Virus record (IMG/VR): IMGVR_UViG_3300045283_000148
Coordinates: 1-52,458 of that record
Reading direction: 5' to 3' (one strand)
DNA from: a virus
Lineage: Duplodnaviria > Caudoviricetes
DNA length: 52,458 bases
A program made the position numbers and the translations under genes. The notes under the pieces were generated by a model that was not told the origin of the DNA, made no database searches, and saw only the letters and a program-made list of their open reading frames with translations. This document shows, one piece after another, positions 1-7,978 of this stretch. The first letter of the stretch is position 1. Every line of letters begins with the position of its first letter.

Positions 1-152
1 CCGGAGCGGTCACGGTGGCCGCCGATAGCGGCGTAACGATCCGCAAGCATGTCAGCTTCTCGAGCGTCCTACTTGGACAATACGCGACCGCAACGGTGAA
101 GAAGACGGCGGCGAACGAATGGCGTTTATTTGGTCTGCTGTCGGCGGCGTGA
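1..152 (+). CDS. Partial 3' end of a divergent allele of the 51369..52364 tail protein gene
   Basis: Translates GAVTVAADSGVTIRKHVSFSSVLLGQYATATVKKTAANEWRLFGLLSAA*, versus GAVTVAADSGVTMRKHANFSNVLLGQYATATVKKTAANEWRLFGLLSAA* at the window end; most differences are synonymous. Confidence 0.9.
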   Translation, partial: GAVTVAADSGVTIRKHVSFSSVLLGQYATATVKKTAANEWRLFGLLSAA

Positions 153-246
153 GATGATTTCATGGGATACGAGGAGGAGCGCAAGCAGGCACACGTGGTG
201 CGGTTTTACGGCAAGGAGGGCACCGACAACGAGGATTTCTGGATCG
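120..246. repeat. 127-bp exact direct repeat of 52332..52458 (circularisation overlap)
   Basis: tggcgtttatttggtctgc...gaggatttctggatcg is identical at both ends. Confidence 0.95.
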
Positions 247-806
247 ATATTGAGGTCATTGATAAAATTACCTTTAATGGAATGAGTTGGCCGTCGGACG
301 ACCGAAGCAACCGGTTTCAAAAGACTACCGTTCACGTTCCTTATCAAGACGACGAGCACCCGGAACGTAGGCGGCAAGCGCTGCGGGTTTACAATCCGCA
401 GGATGAAAACCAGTACATCGACATCGAGATAACCAACACGATCGGGGTTCACGCGCGCAGCAATTATCAGTACCAAGGTACGGCCCGCTGGTTCGACAAT
501 AGCGAGAACAACGACTCGCGCACGACATTGCCGCTGCGCATCGTCAGCAACAATATTGGCGATGAATTTCTAACAGACGTGATCGGCGCAAACGGGCGCA
601 CGACCAAGCAGCCGCCCAGCGATCCAGACGAGTACCTCCAGGCTGTTTTGAAAACCAACGAAAAAGACGACAATCTTTATCTGGACATTGAACTGATCGA
701 CAAATTCGGAGTGACGCGAGGGTCTGGGTTTCAGTTTCAGGTCGTCATATTTAATGGCATCTGGAACAACACTCTGCTGATAAAGCAGGAGGGTGGTGGT
801 GAGTGA
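162..806 (+). CDS. Tail-module hypothetical protein with three internal repeats
   Basis: Repeats FWIDIEVIDKI / YIDIEITNTI / YLDIELIDKF; continues the tail operon across the circular junction. Confidence 0.7.
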   Translation: MGYEEERKQAHVVRFYGKEGTDNEDFWIDIEVIDKITFNGMSWPSDDRSNRFQKTTVHVPYQDDEHPERRRQALRVYNPQDENQYIDIEITNTIGVHARSNYQYQGTARWFDNSENNDSRTTLPLRIVSNNIGDEFLTDVIGANGRTTKQPPSDPDEYLQAVLKTNEKDDNLYLDIELIDKFGVTRGSGFQFQVVIFNGIWNNTLLIKQEGGGE

Positions 807-1842
807 CATCATGCCGGGAGTGGAGGAGAGCCCTGGCGGAGTGCCGGCTGTCATGTTGGACCCACTGATGGCTATCGTTAACTTAGGCGGGGCTGGCGTG
901 GGAGGAAGATTTGTGAGTGGCGATCAGTGGGGCTTCGCCCGATATGTCAAGGTTGACAAAAAAGAGGACAAGCAAAATTGGAAAGGAATCACCAATGTGG
1001 CCACTCGCACGATTGAAGGAGCTGAGTTTGGACAATCGGCTAATGGTAACATCTTCGGCGCTTCATACGGGCTTGCGGGCGGAAACAAGCACTCCAATCC
1101 TCCCATAAAAGGAAAGCCAACCTTCGTGCTCACGGGAAATCAGGTGCACAGGCAAGATTTTGACGTGACCAAACCGGAGGTGATTCACTCGATCATCATG
1201 GCGTCTCACGACGGTGAGCACTGGGACATGGTGGTCGATCGCGTCACGCTACTGCTACCAGCGACCGCTTTGCTGTTTTCGGACCTTGTATGGGATAAAG
1301 ATGCAAATAAAGGCAATGGATCGTTTTTTTGTAAAACCGTTCAACAGCCAGAACTCACTGAAGGGTGTTACCAATCGGCCGACGGTTATAGCTGGACTGC
1401 AGGCGGAGGCAAATTTGAGGACCATTGCAAGGGCGTGCATAGGGAAAAAGGGCCGCCCGACCTGAAGGGACAGCCAGATGGTCTATACGGCTACGACAAG
1501 AGCAAGGACCTCCTGATCTGGCCGGAAAGTGGTAGTGGTGGCGTCAAGATCAAGAAAAAAACTAAAGACGGAAAAGGTTACACAGAAGAATCTATGTCGA
1601 TAGGGACAGACTTCGGCGCGACCTGCGTGGCCTTTGTCGGAGGCATCTGGGAGGTGGGCGGAGCCACCCCTATCGCGGGTGGTCCAGAGAATACCGCCGC
1701 TATTTACACCTCTACCGACGACGGCAAGACCTGGCAGCAGGTCTCCAAGGGGGCGCTCGGAATGCACGCTGAGACAGGGCAGGCTCCTGGCATTCAAGTC
1801 ATCGTGGGCGCGCCCAAGGGCAACTTTCCGCAACAGAATTGA
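793..1842 (+). CDS. BNR/Asp-box repeat protein (sialidase-like beta-propeller), putative receptor-binding tail protein
   Basis: Asp-boxes ASHDGEHW, QSADGYSW, STDDGKTW; start may be ATG 811. Confidence 0.65.
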   Translation: MVVSDIMPGVEESPGGVPAVMLDPLMAIVNLGGAGVGGRFVSGDQWGFARYVKVDKKEDKQNWKGITNVATRTIEGAEFGQSANGNIFGASYGLAGGNKHSNPPIKGKPTFVLTGNQVHRQDFDVTKPEVIHSIIMASHDGEHWDMVVDRVTLLLPATALLFSDLVWDKDANKGNGSFFCKTVQQPELTEGCYQSADGYSWTAGGGKFEDHCKGVHREKGPPDLKGQPDGLYGYDKSKDLLIWPESGSGGVKIKKKTKDGKGYTEESMSIGTDFGATCVAFVGGIWEVGGATPIAGGPENTAAIYTSTDDGKTWQQVSKGALGMHAETGQAPGIQVIVGAPKGNFPQQN

Positions 1843-3002
1843 AGCTAATGCTTTCTGGCGTCATCGCAGCACAGCAGGCCGCAACGCCGAGAGGTGCGTT
1901 GTTCCCGCCGCTGTATCTCGACGACAGCGAAAACATCATTAGTCCATTTATCGCCTGGGCCACCGGCGGAGACAAGCTGCTGCGTCCAGGCGCCGTGTCC
2001 GACGCGGACGTGTTCTACGCACCGAGGCGTCCGCAAGTTTTGATGGCCGCATTTGTCGCCGACGCCGATGGCATACGCGCGCCCAGGCTTGTGCAAGCTC
2101 AGACATTGCATCCTGCACTCTACGTTGCCGTCGATGTCATTGGGTTGCCCGCCGTTGCGCTGCCCGGCATATTGCAAACTCATTTGCTGGTTGGCGACGA
2201 CAGCATATTCGCTTCGTTCATCTCCACGCACGGATCGCTGCGACCGGCTCTCTACAATGCCTTTGACGCGGTCTTCGCGCCGGCCCTGGGGGCCGCCCAA
2301 ACACTGCGGCCCAACTTGCACACTTCCTCTGACGTCTTCCAAGCACCGACTGTGCGTGTCGGCATAAGGCCGTTGCTCGTTTTCGACGCCGACGTTCACT
2401 ACACGAGTTTAATTGCGGGCACTGTGATACTTGCTACGTTCGATGGTATCGCAACCGAGGTGGCTTTAACGAACGGCAATTTGACTGCAACGCATACTAC
2501 TACGTCTTCAGCAACTGCTGGAGCACGCAGCACGTCCAACAAAACTACTGGAAAATTCTATTTCGAGTTCACAATGAGTTTGACTCATAACAGCAACGGC
2601 GACTCTGTTGGCCTCATTGCCTCGGGCGGGACTTACCCCGATATACTCAATCTCAGCGCTAATTGCATGGTGACTGAGAAAGGCGGAAATATCTTTTCCA
2701 ATGGTGGCTTTGCTGCCACATTCGGATCACCGGCGCCTGTTGGTACTGTCATCGGCGTGGCGGTCGATCTCGGCACACGTAAGGGCTGGTTCCGTAGAGG
2801 CTCTGGTAATTGGAACAATGATGCCGCACAAAATCCTGCGACGGGTGCAGGAGGTGTAACGGTACAAGCAACAGTAGCTTTTGCTCCTGTGGTTGCTCTT
2901 GGGGGAGGTAGTGCTGCGATCGGCGACTCGGTGACAGCCAACTTCGGCCAAACGGCTTATGCCAACGCCGCACCGGCAGGCTTCGGCAATTGGACGGCAT
3001 GA
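1839..3002 (+). CDS. Virion protein with N-terminal ~22-aa repeats and C-terminal SPRY/concanavalin-A-like domain
   Basis: LTNGNLTAT, GKFYFEFT, VIGVAVDL..RKGWF, ANFGQTAY..AAPAGF are SPRY hallmarks; LRP.....D.F.AP repeats. Confidence 0.75.
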   Translation: MKLMLSGVIAAQQAATPRGALFPPLYLDDSENIISPFIAWATGGDKLLRPGAVSDADVFYAPRRPQVLMAAFVADADGIRAPRLVQAQTLHPALYVAVDVIGLPAVALPGILQTHLLVGDDSIFASFISTHGSLRPALYNAFDAVFAPALGAAQTLRPNLHTSSDVFQAPTVRVGIRPLLVFDADVHYTSLIAGTVILATFDGIATEVALTNGNLTATHTTTSSATAGARSTSNKTTGKFYFEFTMSLTHNSNGDSVGLIASGGTYPDILNLSANCMVTEKGGNIFSNGGFAATFGSPAPVGTVIGVAVDLGTRKGWFRRGSGNWNNDAAQNPATGAGGVTVQATVAFAPVVALGGGSAAIGDSVTANFGQTAYANAAPAGFGNWTA

Positions 3003-3595
3003 TGGATGCACCGAGCATGACCGCGAGCAGTAGCGGTGCTGGCCCACCGATCGCACCAGGGCGATCCTGCTCAAAATGCAGTTTATGCTGCAAGCTGCTG
3101 CACGTCATCGAGCTCGAGAAGCCCGCGAATCAGTGGTGTGGCCATTGCCGCCCCGGCGCCGGCGGCTGCACGATCTACGAGACGCGGCCACCGATATGTC
3201 GCAGCTATGCGTGCGGCTGGCTCATGACTGAGAACGTGGGACCGGAGTGGTTCCCACTGCTCTCGCATATGATTTTGTCGCTGGCCCCGTTTAATGGCGT
3301 CAACACCGTGACCGTCACCGTTGATCCGCGGTATCCATGGATATGGAAGGAATACCCGTACTACGCCCAACTGAAGCAGATGGCGGACCGCGGATTGCAA
3401 AACTTGAAATCAGCCGAGGACATTCTGCTCGTACATGTACGTTGCGATGGTCGGGTGTGGCTGATCGCCCCAAACGAGGACATTGAGATCACCAATGGCT
3501 CTTACGTCATCAAAGCTGGCGCTGATGGTCACTATGCGATCGAGCAATTCGCCACATCTGAGCAGGCGGCCGTGCGAGTCGCCGAGCTTATTTAA
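2990..3595 (+). CDS. YkgJ-like CxxCxxCC cysteine-cluster (Fe-S/Zn) protein
   Basis: CSKCSLCCK ... WCGHC ... GCTIYETRPPICRSYACGW. Confidence 0.8.
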   Translation: MDGMMDAPSMTASSSGAGPPIAPGRSCSKCSLCCKLLHVIELEKPANQWCGHCRPGAGGCTIYETRPPICRSYACGWLMTENVGPEWFPLLSHMILSLAPFNGVNTVTVTVDPRYPWIWKEYPYYAQLKQMADRGLQNLKSAEDILLVHVRCDGRVWLIAPNEDIEITNGSYVIKAGADGHYAIEQFATSEQAAVRVAELI

Positions 3596-3599
3596 GTGC

Positions 3600-3974
3600 T
3601 TATCGGGCATTGTCCCGTTCTAAGTCGCGTCGCCTTAGCTCGGCAGCGATCATGTCCCTAAAGATAATTGCGCAGCGGCCTTCCATCTCGGCGATGGTTG
3701 TGTCCCGAGGTCTGGCCTCCATGCAGGAGTTTATGAATGGCCGTGAGATTCGTTCACAATCCTGATTATTTCGGCAAGCACGGGAAACCAAGTCGGATTT
3801 AGGTTTATCTTCCGGGAGGCTGACCACTGGCGCTGCTGCGTTAGTTGTCGTTGCCGCCTGCGCAGCAACCGGCGTAGTAGTCTGCGACTTCGGTGTGGAA
3901 CCGATGATCTGACCCAGAAAAGCCAGAGCGAAAAATCCCAGCACTACAATGACGATCTTCTCAATGCGGGTCAT
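3600..3974 (-). CDS. Membrane-anchored/periplasmic hypothetical protein (superinfection-exclusion candidate)
   Basis: N-terminal TM segment IVIVVLGFFALAFLG, T/A/P linker, four Cys. Confidence 0.55.
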   Translation of the reverse strand: MTRIEKIVIVVLGFFALAFLGQIIGSTPKSQTTTPVAAQAATTTNAAAPVVSLPEDKPKSDLVSRACRNNQDCERISRPFINSCMEARPRDTTIAEMEGRCAIIFRDMIAAELRRRDLERDNAR

Positions 3975-4044
3975 TTCAGTATCCTACCTGTCCTATCTGT
4001 GTGAGACTTGTTGCTTTACGCCAAACATTTGATTTTCCCTGCCA

Positions 4045-4161
4045 CTACGTCCGCAGCGGCATCTGGCACGACGCCATCAGCAGCAGGATGATGAACGCCA
4101 CCACGCACGCCACGGCGAGGAACGCCCAGAGCTCGGCGCGCGAGGCGAACAGGTGCTTCAT
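4045..4161 (-). CDS. 38-aa membrane peptide (not in ORF track)
   Basis: MKHLFASRAELWAFLAVACVVAFIILLLMASCQMPLRT; ATGA overlap with the upstream mini-ORF MTREP. Confidence 0.55.
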   Translation of the reverse strand: MKHLFASRAELWAFLAVACVVAFIILLLMASCQMPLRT

Positions 4162-4171
4162 GGCTCTCTGG

Positions 4172-4402
4172 TCATGGCTCGTGCTCCAGGGCGGCCACTA
4201 CTTCGCTCGCCCCAAATCCATCCCCGTTGGCAATCATGCGTCTTGCCGCCTCTCTGAGCGCCGCGCGCAGCCGCTCAACCATGTCTGCCATTTCCTTGCG
4301 ATCCCTCTCGCACAACGCCAACATTCGGCTGTCGTCCCGCAGCCGCTCAACCTCACGCATCGCATCCTGATACTCAGCACATTCTGAGCACGGCGATGTC
4401 AT
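4172..4402 (-). CDS. Small coiled-coil array protein
   Basis: MTSPCSEC...EVERL...VERLRAAL...AALEHEP; start set by the ATGA overlap. Confidence 0.7.
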   Translation of the reverse strand: MTSPCSECAEYQDAMREVERLRDDSRMLALCERDRKEMADMVERLRAALREAARRMIANGDGFGASEVVAALEHEP

Positions 4403-4671
4403 GGCTTCGGCTCCAGGGCGGCGCGGACGGCCGCGAGGCGTTCGTTCAAGCCAATTCGCGCTTCCTCGCAGTCGGCGGTAACGGCCGTCCAAGCAAATTC
4501 ATCCATGAGGCGAAGCGCCGCTCGCAGCCGCGCGACCTCGGCGCGCAGCTCTCTGACCCTGGTATCATTCTCGGCGCGCACCTTATCCCTGTCGCTCTGC
4601 CGTTTGTGGCGCTGTTCTGCCAGCTTGGCGCGGCCATCGCGCAGATGGGCCTCGAGTTCCTTGCGGTTCAT
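4399..4671 (-). CDS. Small coiled-coil array protein
   Basis: AEVARLRAAL...RAALEPKP. Confidence 0.7.
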   Translation of the reverse strand: MNRKELEAHLRDGRAKLAEQRHKRQSDRDKVRAENDTRVRELRAEVARLRAALRLMDEFAWTAVTADCEEARIGLNERLAAVRAALEPKP

Positions 4672-4850
4672 GGCCTGCGCTCCGGGGCGGCGCGGGCCTC
4701 ATCTAACTCTCTCCAAGCCTTCGACAGGTCTGCGGTAAGTGTTTGCACCTGCGCCCGCAGCCGATCGATCTCGGTGCGCAGCTTTTCGTTGTCGGCCGTT
4801 AATGCCTTGATTAGAACGCGATCATACGTTGCAACGTCCGGCTCGGTCAT
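4668..4850 (-). CDS. Small coiled-coil array protein
   Basis: TEIDRLRA...RAAPERRP. Confidence 0.65.
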   Translation of the reverse strand: MTEPDVATYDRVLIKALTADNEKLRTEIDRLRAQVQTLTADLSKAWRELDEARAAPERRP

Positions 4851-5028
4851 GGCTTGCGCTCCTAGTAGCGTCGATCTTGGCGCGAACTACTTTGAAATAG
4901 CCGTCAAGGGCTGCCAACGAATTAAGGGCTTCCCATAGCTTGTTGTTTTCGGCAGTCAGCCGCTCGACCTCGGCCTCCAGCTTGTGCTTGTGAGAGACAA
5001 GGGCCTCGATTTCCAAGCTGTAGGTCAT
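4822..5028 (-). CDS. Small coiled-coil array protein; frameshifted at its junction repeat
   Basis: AEVERL motif; reads through the junction out of the usual frame. Confidence 0.6.
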   Translation of the reverse strand: MTYSLEIEALVSHKHKLEAEVERLTAENNKLWEALNSLAALDGYFKVVRAKIDATRSASHDRAGRCNV

Positions 5029-5354
5029 GGCTTCTGCTCCAGGGCGGTGTCGATCCTTGCAAGCGCCAACGTCTTTCCGTGAGCGTTGCCTTCGACTTGT
5101 TCACGAGCAAATACCAGCGCCGCGCGCAGCCGCGCGACCTCGGCCTCCGCTTCGTCGCGATGCCTCATAGCCAAATCGCAAGTTCCCTTGGCATAATGAG
5201 CTTCGTCTTGCAGCCGCTCGATCTCGGCGGCCATTTCCTTACGATCTCCTTCGCAGAGCAACAGCATTTTTCTGGCGTCTTTCAGCCGCTCGACCTCGGT
5301 GCGCGCTTCCGTTAACTCTAGTCGTAGTTCGCGTTCAATGGCGTCGTAGGTCAT
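5025..5354 (-). CDS. Small coiled-coil array protein
   Basis: Three E(V/I)xRL motifs, ends TALEQKP. Confidence 0.7.
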   Translation of the reverse strand: MTYDAIERELRLELTEARTEVERLKDARKMLLLCEGDRKEMAAEIERLQDEAHYAKGTCDLAMRHRDEAEAEVARLRAALVFAREQVEGNAHGKTLALARIDTALEQKP

Positions 5355-5602
5355 GGCTTCGGCTCGCTGGTATTGTCGAACTCATTCAGTATTTCGCAGG
5401 CGTGTGCCGAGCGCATCCGAACATAGGAAATAGCTGCTTTCAGCCGCTCGATCTCCTTGCGCTGTCGCTCGATCTTCATTGGCCCGAAGTCGCCGCAGTC
5501 GCATGATGGGCAAATTGTTGGCCCGCCCATGGACAGGGGATAGTTGGTCAGTCCGCAGATGACGCACGGGCCGCCTTGCAACTGCCAGTCGATGTCGGTC
5601 AT
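5351..5602 (-). CDS. Small zinc-finger array protein
   Basis: CVIC...CPSCDC followed by KEIERL, ends SEPKP. Confidence 0.7.
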   Translation of the reverse strand: MTDIDWQLQGGPCVICGLTNYPLSMGGPTICPSCDCGDFGPMKIERQRKEIERLKAAISYVRMRSAHACEILNEFDNTSEPKP

Positions 5603-5724
5603 GGCTTGAGTTCCCTCAGAGCACGCAGAATGTCTCTTAGCGTGTCTGAAATCGCCCACGCCCAGTACGTGAAGCCGGTGCCAAAAATCAGCACCGCGAC
5701 AATCAGCAGTTGGATGTCAGTCAT
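5599..5724 (-). CDS. 41-aa single-TM array protein (not in ORF track)
   Basis: MTDIQLLIVAVLIFGTGFTYWAWAISDTLRDILRALRELKP. Confidence 0.65.
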   Translation of the reverse strand: MTDIQLLIVAVLIFGTGFTYWAWAISDTLRDILRALRELKP

Positions 5725-5726
5725 GG

Positions 5727-5843
5727 CTAGGCCGGTTCTTTCTCTGGCACTTTCACCGGCTCGCGTGGTGCTGGCACTGGTTGTTGCTCTGGCACCGCAG
5801 GAATGACGACGATACGGCGGATGGGCTCGCCGATCTCAGACAT
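5727..5843 (-). CDS. 38-aa Pro/Glu-rich peptide (not in ORF track)
   Basis: MSEIGEPIRRIVVIPAVPEQQPVPAPREPVKVPEKEPA with a GGAG RBS. Confidence 0.6.
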   Translation of the reverse strand: MSEIGEPIRRIVVIPAVPEQQPVPAPREPVKVPEKEPA

Positions 5844-5856
5844 AGATTTGCTCCAG

Positions 5857-6132
5857 TCACGCATGTCCCGTTATGTCAGGTTGCCCTTCAAATCTTTTAA
5901 TTTGTTCGCGAAGCATCGTCACCACGTCTTGCCGGTTAGCATTGCTCACGTAATTGCAGCGGCCCTCGTGGCCCTCGAACGGGAAGACCAGCAGGATGAA
6001 GCCATTCTTCTTTGGCCGCTCCTTGCCGTTCAAGATGTCATCAATGCCGTGCGCCAACTGGTTCATCACTTCATGCAGCCTCGGCTCAATCGGTGCATCG
6101 CCTAAACGCTCAGCAGCCATGTGTCCCTCCAA
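5857..6132 (-). CDS. Phage hypothetical protein
   Basis: GFILLVFPF...GRCNYVSNA.R.D motif; likely start 6120. Confidence 0.7.
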   Translation of the reverse strand: MEGHMAAERLGDAPIEPRLHEVMNQLAHGIDDILNGKERPKKNGFILLVFPFEGHEGRCNYVSNANRQDVVTMLREQIKRFEGQPDITGHA

Positions 6133-6568
6133 ACCACAACGTGTTCAGTTCATCCACGATCTGCTCGGCCCGATAGCCCCAAGCCCGCAAAAACCGGGTC
6201 GGTTTTACGTGTTGAGCACGGTAGCCAAATTCGTGCTCGATCACCGAGTCTCCCCAGAACTCGACCTTGCCTAAGACAATCCCAGCCCTGCATTCGCACC
6301 ACCGACCTAGCATTTCCGCTACACTGTTGATGGCGTCGGCGCTGCCGCGCATGGCATCGTCCACGGTCTTGTAGACGTTAAGGCCGCGCCCGTTCTCGAC
6401 TGTCGGTATGCCGTCCGATTGAGCAGCTTGCCATGGGTTCCAGATGATGTCGCGATACTGGAATGACTCGATGACGAGGGATGGGAATTCGTAAGTCCAG
6501 AACCGCACGCCTTTGAGCGGGCCAATGATGACCTCGTCGCCAAAGTGAATGTCGAGGTAGTTGGTCAT
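6110..6568 (-). CDS. Phage hypothetical protein (WG..V.EH..GYRA motif, possibly ADP-ribosyltransferase-like fold)
   Basis: GVRFW ... GLNVYKT ... VLGKVEFWGDSVIEHEFGYRA. Confidence 0.6.
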   Translation of the reverse strand: MTNYLDIHFGDEVIIGPLKGVRFWTYEFPSLVIESFQYRDIIWNPWQAAQSDGIPTVENGRGLNVYKTVDDAMRGSADAINSVAEMLGRWCECRAGIVLGKVEFWGDSVIEHEFGYRAQHVKPTRFLRAWGYRAEQIVDELNTLWFGGTHGC

Positions 6569-6744
6569 GGCTTCCGCTCCAGGGCGGCGCGGGCAATGGC
6601 GCGCATGTCCTCGGCGGGCCAGCCGTCTTCGGGTGTCTCGTATCGCTTAACGATTTGTTCCAGCACCGCCGTAAGCCGTTCGTTGTCGTCGCGCAGGCGA
6701 GTATTTTCCTCCTGCAACCATTCATATGCAGCGGTGCTGATCAT
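6565..6744 (-). CDS. 59-aa coiled-coil array protein (not in ORF track)
   Basis: MISTAAYEWLQEENTRLRDDNERL...IARAALERKP; ATGA overlaps on both sides. Confidence 0.7.
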   Translation of the reverse strand: MISTAAYEWLQEENTRLRDDNERLTAVLEQIVKRYETPEDGWPAEDMRAIARAALERKP

Positions 6745-7037
6745 GATTTCGGCTCCAGGGCGGCGCGGTTGGCTTGAAGCGCCGCTAATACCGCGCCATG
6801 CTGCGATGGGTCAGCATTTCTGACTGCGCTTTCGATGACCAGTAAATAGCGGTCTATACCGCTGGCCGCCGCTCGCAGCCGCTCGCATTCCATATGCAAA
6901 TTGGTTGCCACCTCAATGCGACCGTGCAGCGCCGTTGTCAGCCGCTCGATCTCGGCGGCGGCCTCCCCGCAACAGGTGGCCCATGGAGTCACCATGTCCG
7001 CCCGCTTCTTTAGCCGTTCCACAAGCTGTCTGGTCAT
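6741..7037 (-). CDS. Small coiled-coil array protein
   Basis: LVERLK..EAAAEIERL...RAALEPKS. Confidence 0.7.
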   Translation of the reverse strand: MTRQLVERLKKRADMVTPWATCCGEAAAEIERLTTALHGRIEVATNLHMECERLRAAASGIDRYLLVIESAVRNADPSQHGAVLAALQANRAALEPKS

Positions 7038-7978
7038 GACTTCGGCTCCAGGGCGGCGCTCATGATTGCCCGTCCGATGATCTCGGGGATCTGGGGCACC
7101 ACTGCATTCCTTAACGCTCTGAGTTTGTTGGCTCGGTTGGGGACGCCTCTTGCGACTCGTCCTTCAAATCGCACCAGTCCACCGGATAGCCCATCAACCA
7201 ACTCACCCATTGCGGGTTCAGTGCCCCATTGAATTCTTCCGAACTCACCATCGTTCGCAATTTGGCGCGCGATCCTGCCCCACCCCATTTGCAGAGGGCC
7301 GCCCCGCCGGTGTCCGTCACCGCTGTTGGCGTCGGCCACATCCGCACCGCATCCGCGAGGCACACCCCGTTCGATCGGATGCGGGTTTCCGCCGTTTGAC
7401 TGTGGATGTTCTGCGCGCTTGTCGTTGCAGTGGGCCACGATCCAAACCCTGTCTCGTCGGTGAGGCGCACCAACGGCGGAAGCTGGTATGCAGTGCCACT
7501 CCGCATCAAACCCGAGCGCGGCCAGGTCTCCGAGAACTCGGTCAAGTCCCCGTCCAAGCAAAGCTGCGACGTTCTCCACGATGACGTAGCGCGGTCGAAC
7601 CTCGCCAATAATTCGGGCGTACTCCGACCATAGGCCGCTGCGCTCGCCGCCAATGCCTGCGCCCTTTCCGGCGACGCTGATGTCTTGGCAGGGAAAGCCG
7701 CCTGCGATAACATCAATACAGTCCGCCCTAATCCTTTGCCGCCCTGCGCATAGTTGTTCTTGCGCAGGCTCGCATCGCTTGTCGGCGTTGGAAACAAGCC
7801 ATCCTTCGTCCACGGCGAGCTCTCGGACATCTCCGTAAACAGGGACATCTGGCCAGTGCTTTCGCAGCACGGCTTGGCAATAGGGGTCGATTTCGACAAA
7901 GGCGACGGTTCGCATTCCGGCTCGTTCGAGGCCGAGGCTGAAGCCGCCAATTCCTGAGAAGAGATCGAGGACATTCAT
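7034..7978 (-). CDS. dcm: C5-cytosine DNA methyltransferase (alpha polypeptide)
   Basis: Motif I DLFSGIGG, IV GGFPCQD, VI VENV, VIII PHRRDR, X-like ALRNAVVPQ; motif IX is absent from this frame. Confidence 0.92.
   Translation of the reverse strand: MNVLDLFSGIGGFSLGLERAGMRTVAFVEIDPYCQAVLRKHWPDVPVYGDVRELAVDEGWLVSNADKRCEPAQEQLCAGRQRIRADCIDVIAGGFPCQDISVAGKGAGIGGERSGLWSEYARIIGEVRPRYVIVENVAALLGRGLDRVLGDLAALGFDAEWHCIPASAVGAPHRRDRVWIVAHCNDKRAEHPQSNGGNPHPIERGVPRGCGADVADANSGDGHRRGGPLQMGWGRIARQIANDGEFGRIQWGTEPAMGELVDGLSGGLVRFEGRVARGVPNRANKLRALRNAVVPQIPEIIGRAIMSAALEPKS
7111..7974 (-). CDS. Overprinted alternative-frame ORF, putative methyltransferase beta polypeptide
   Basis: 287 open codons; FPTP/WPTA/WPTP motifs and LNPQWVSWLMGYPVDW (motif IX-like). 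Confidence 0.7.
   Translation of the reverse strand: MSSISSQELAASASASNEPECEPSPLSKSTPIAKPCCESTGQMSLFTEMSESSPWTKDGLFPTPTSDASLRKNNYAQGGKGLGRTVLMLSQAAFPAKTSASPERAQALAASAAAYGRSTPELLARFDRATSSWRTSQLCLDGDLTEFSETWPRSGLMRSGTAYQLPPLVRLTDETGFGSWPTATTSAQNIHSQTAETRIRSNGVCLADAVRMWPTPTAVTDTGGAALCKWGGAGSRAKLRTMVSSEEFNGALNPQWVSWLMGYPVDWCDLKDESQEASPTEPTNSER

Noticed and set aside
1-119. Diversity-generating retroelement TR/VR pair with 52213-52331
   Set aside because: No reverse transcriptase is present; differences are mostly synonymous and not adenine-specific
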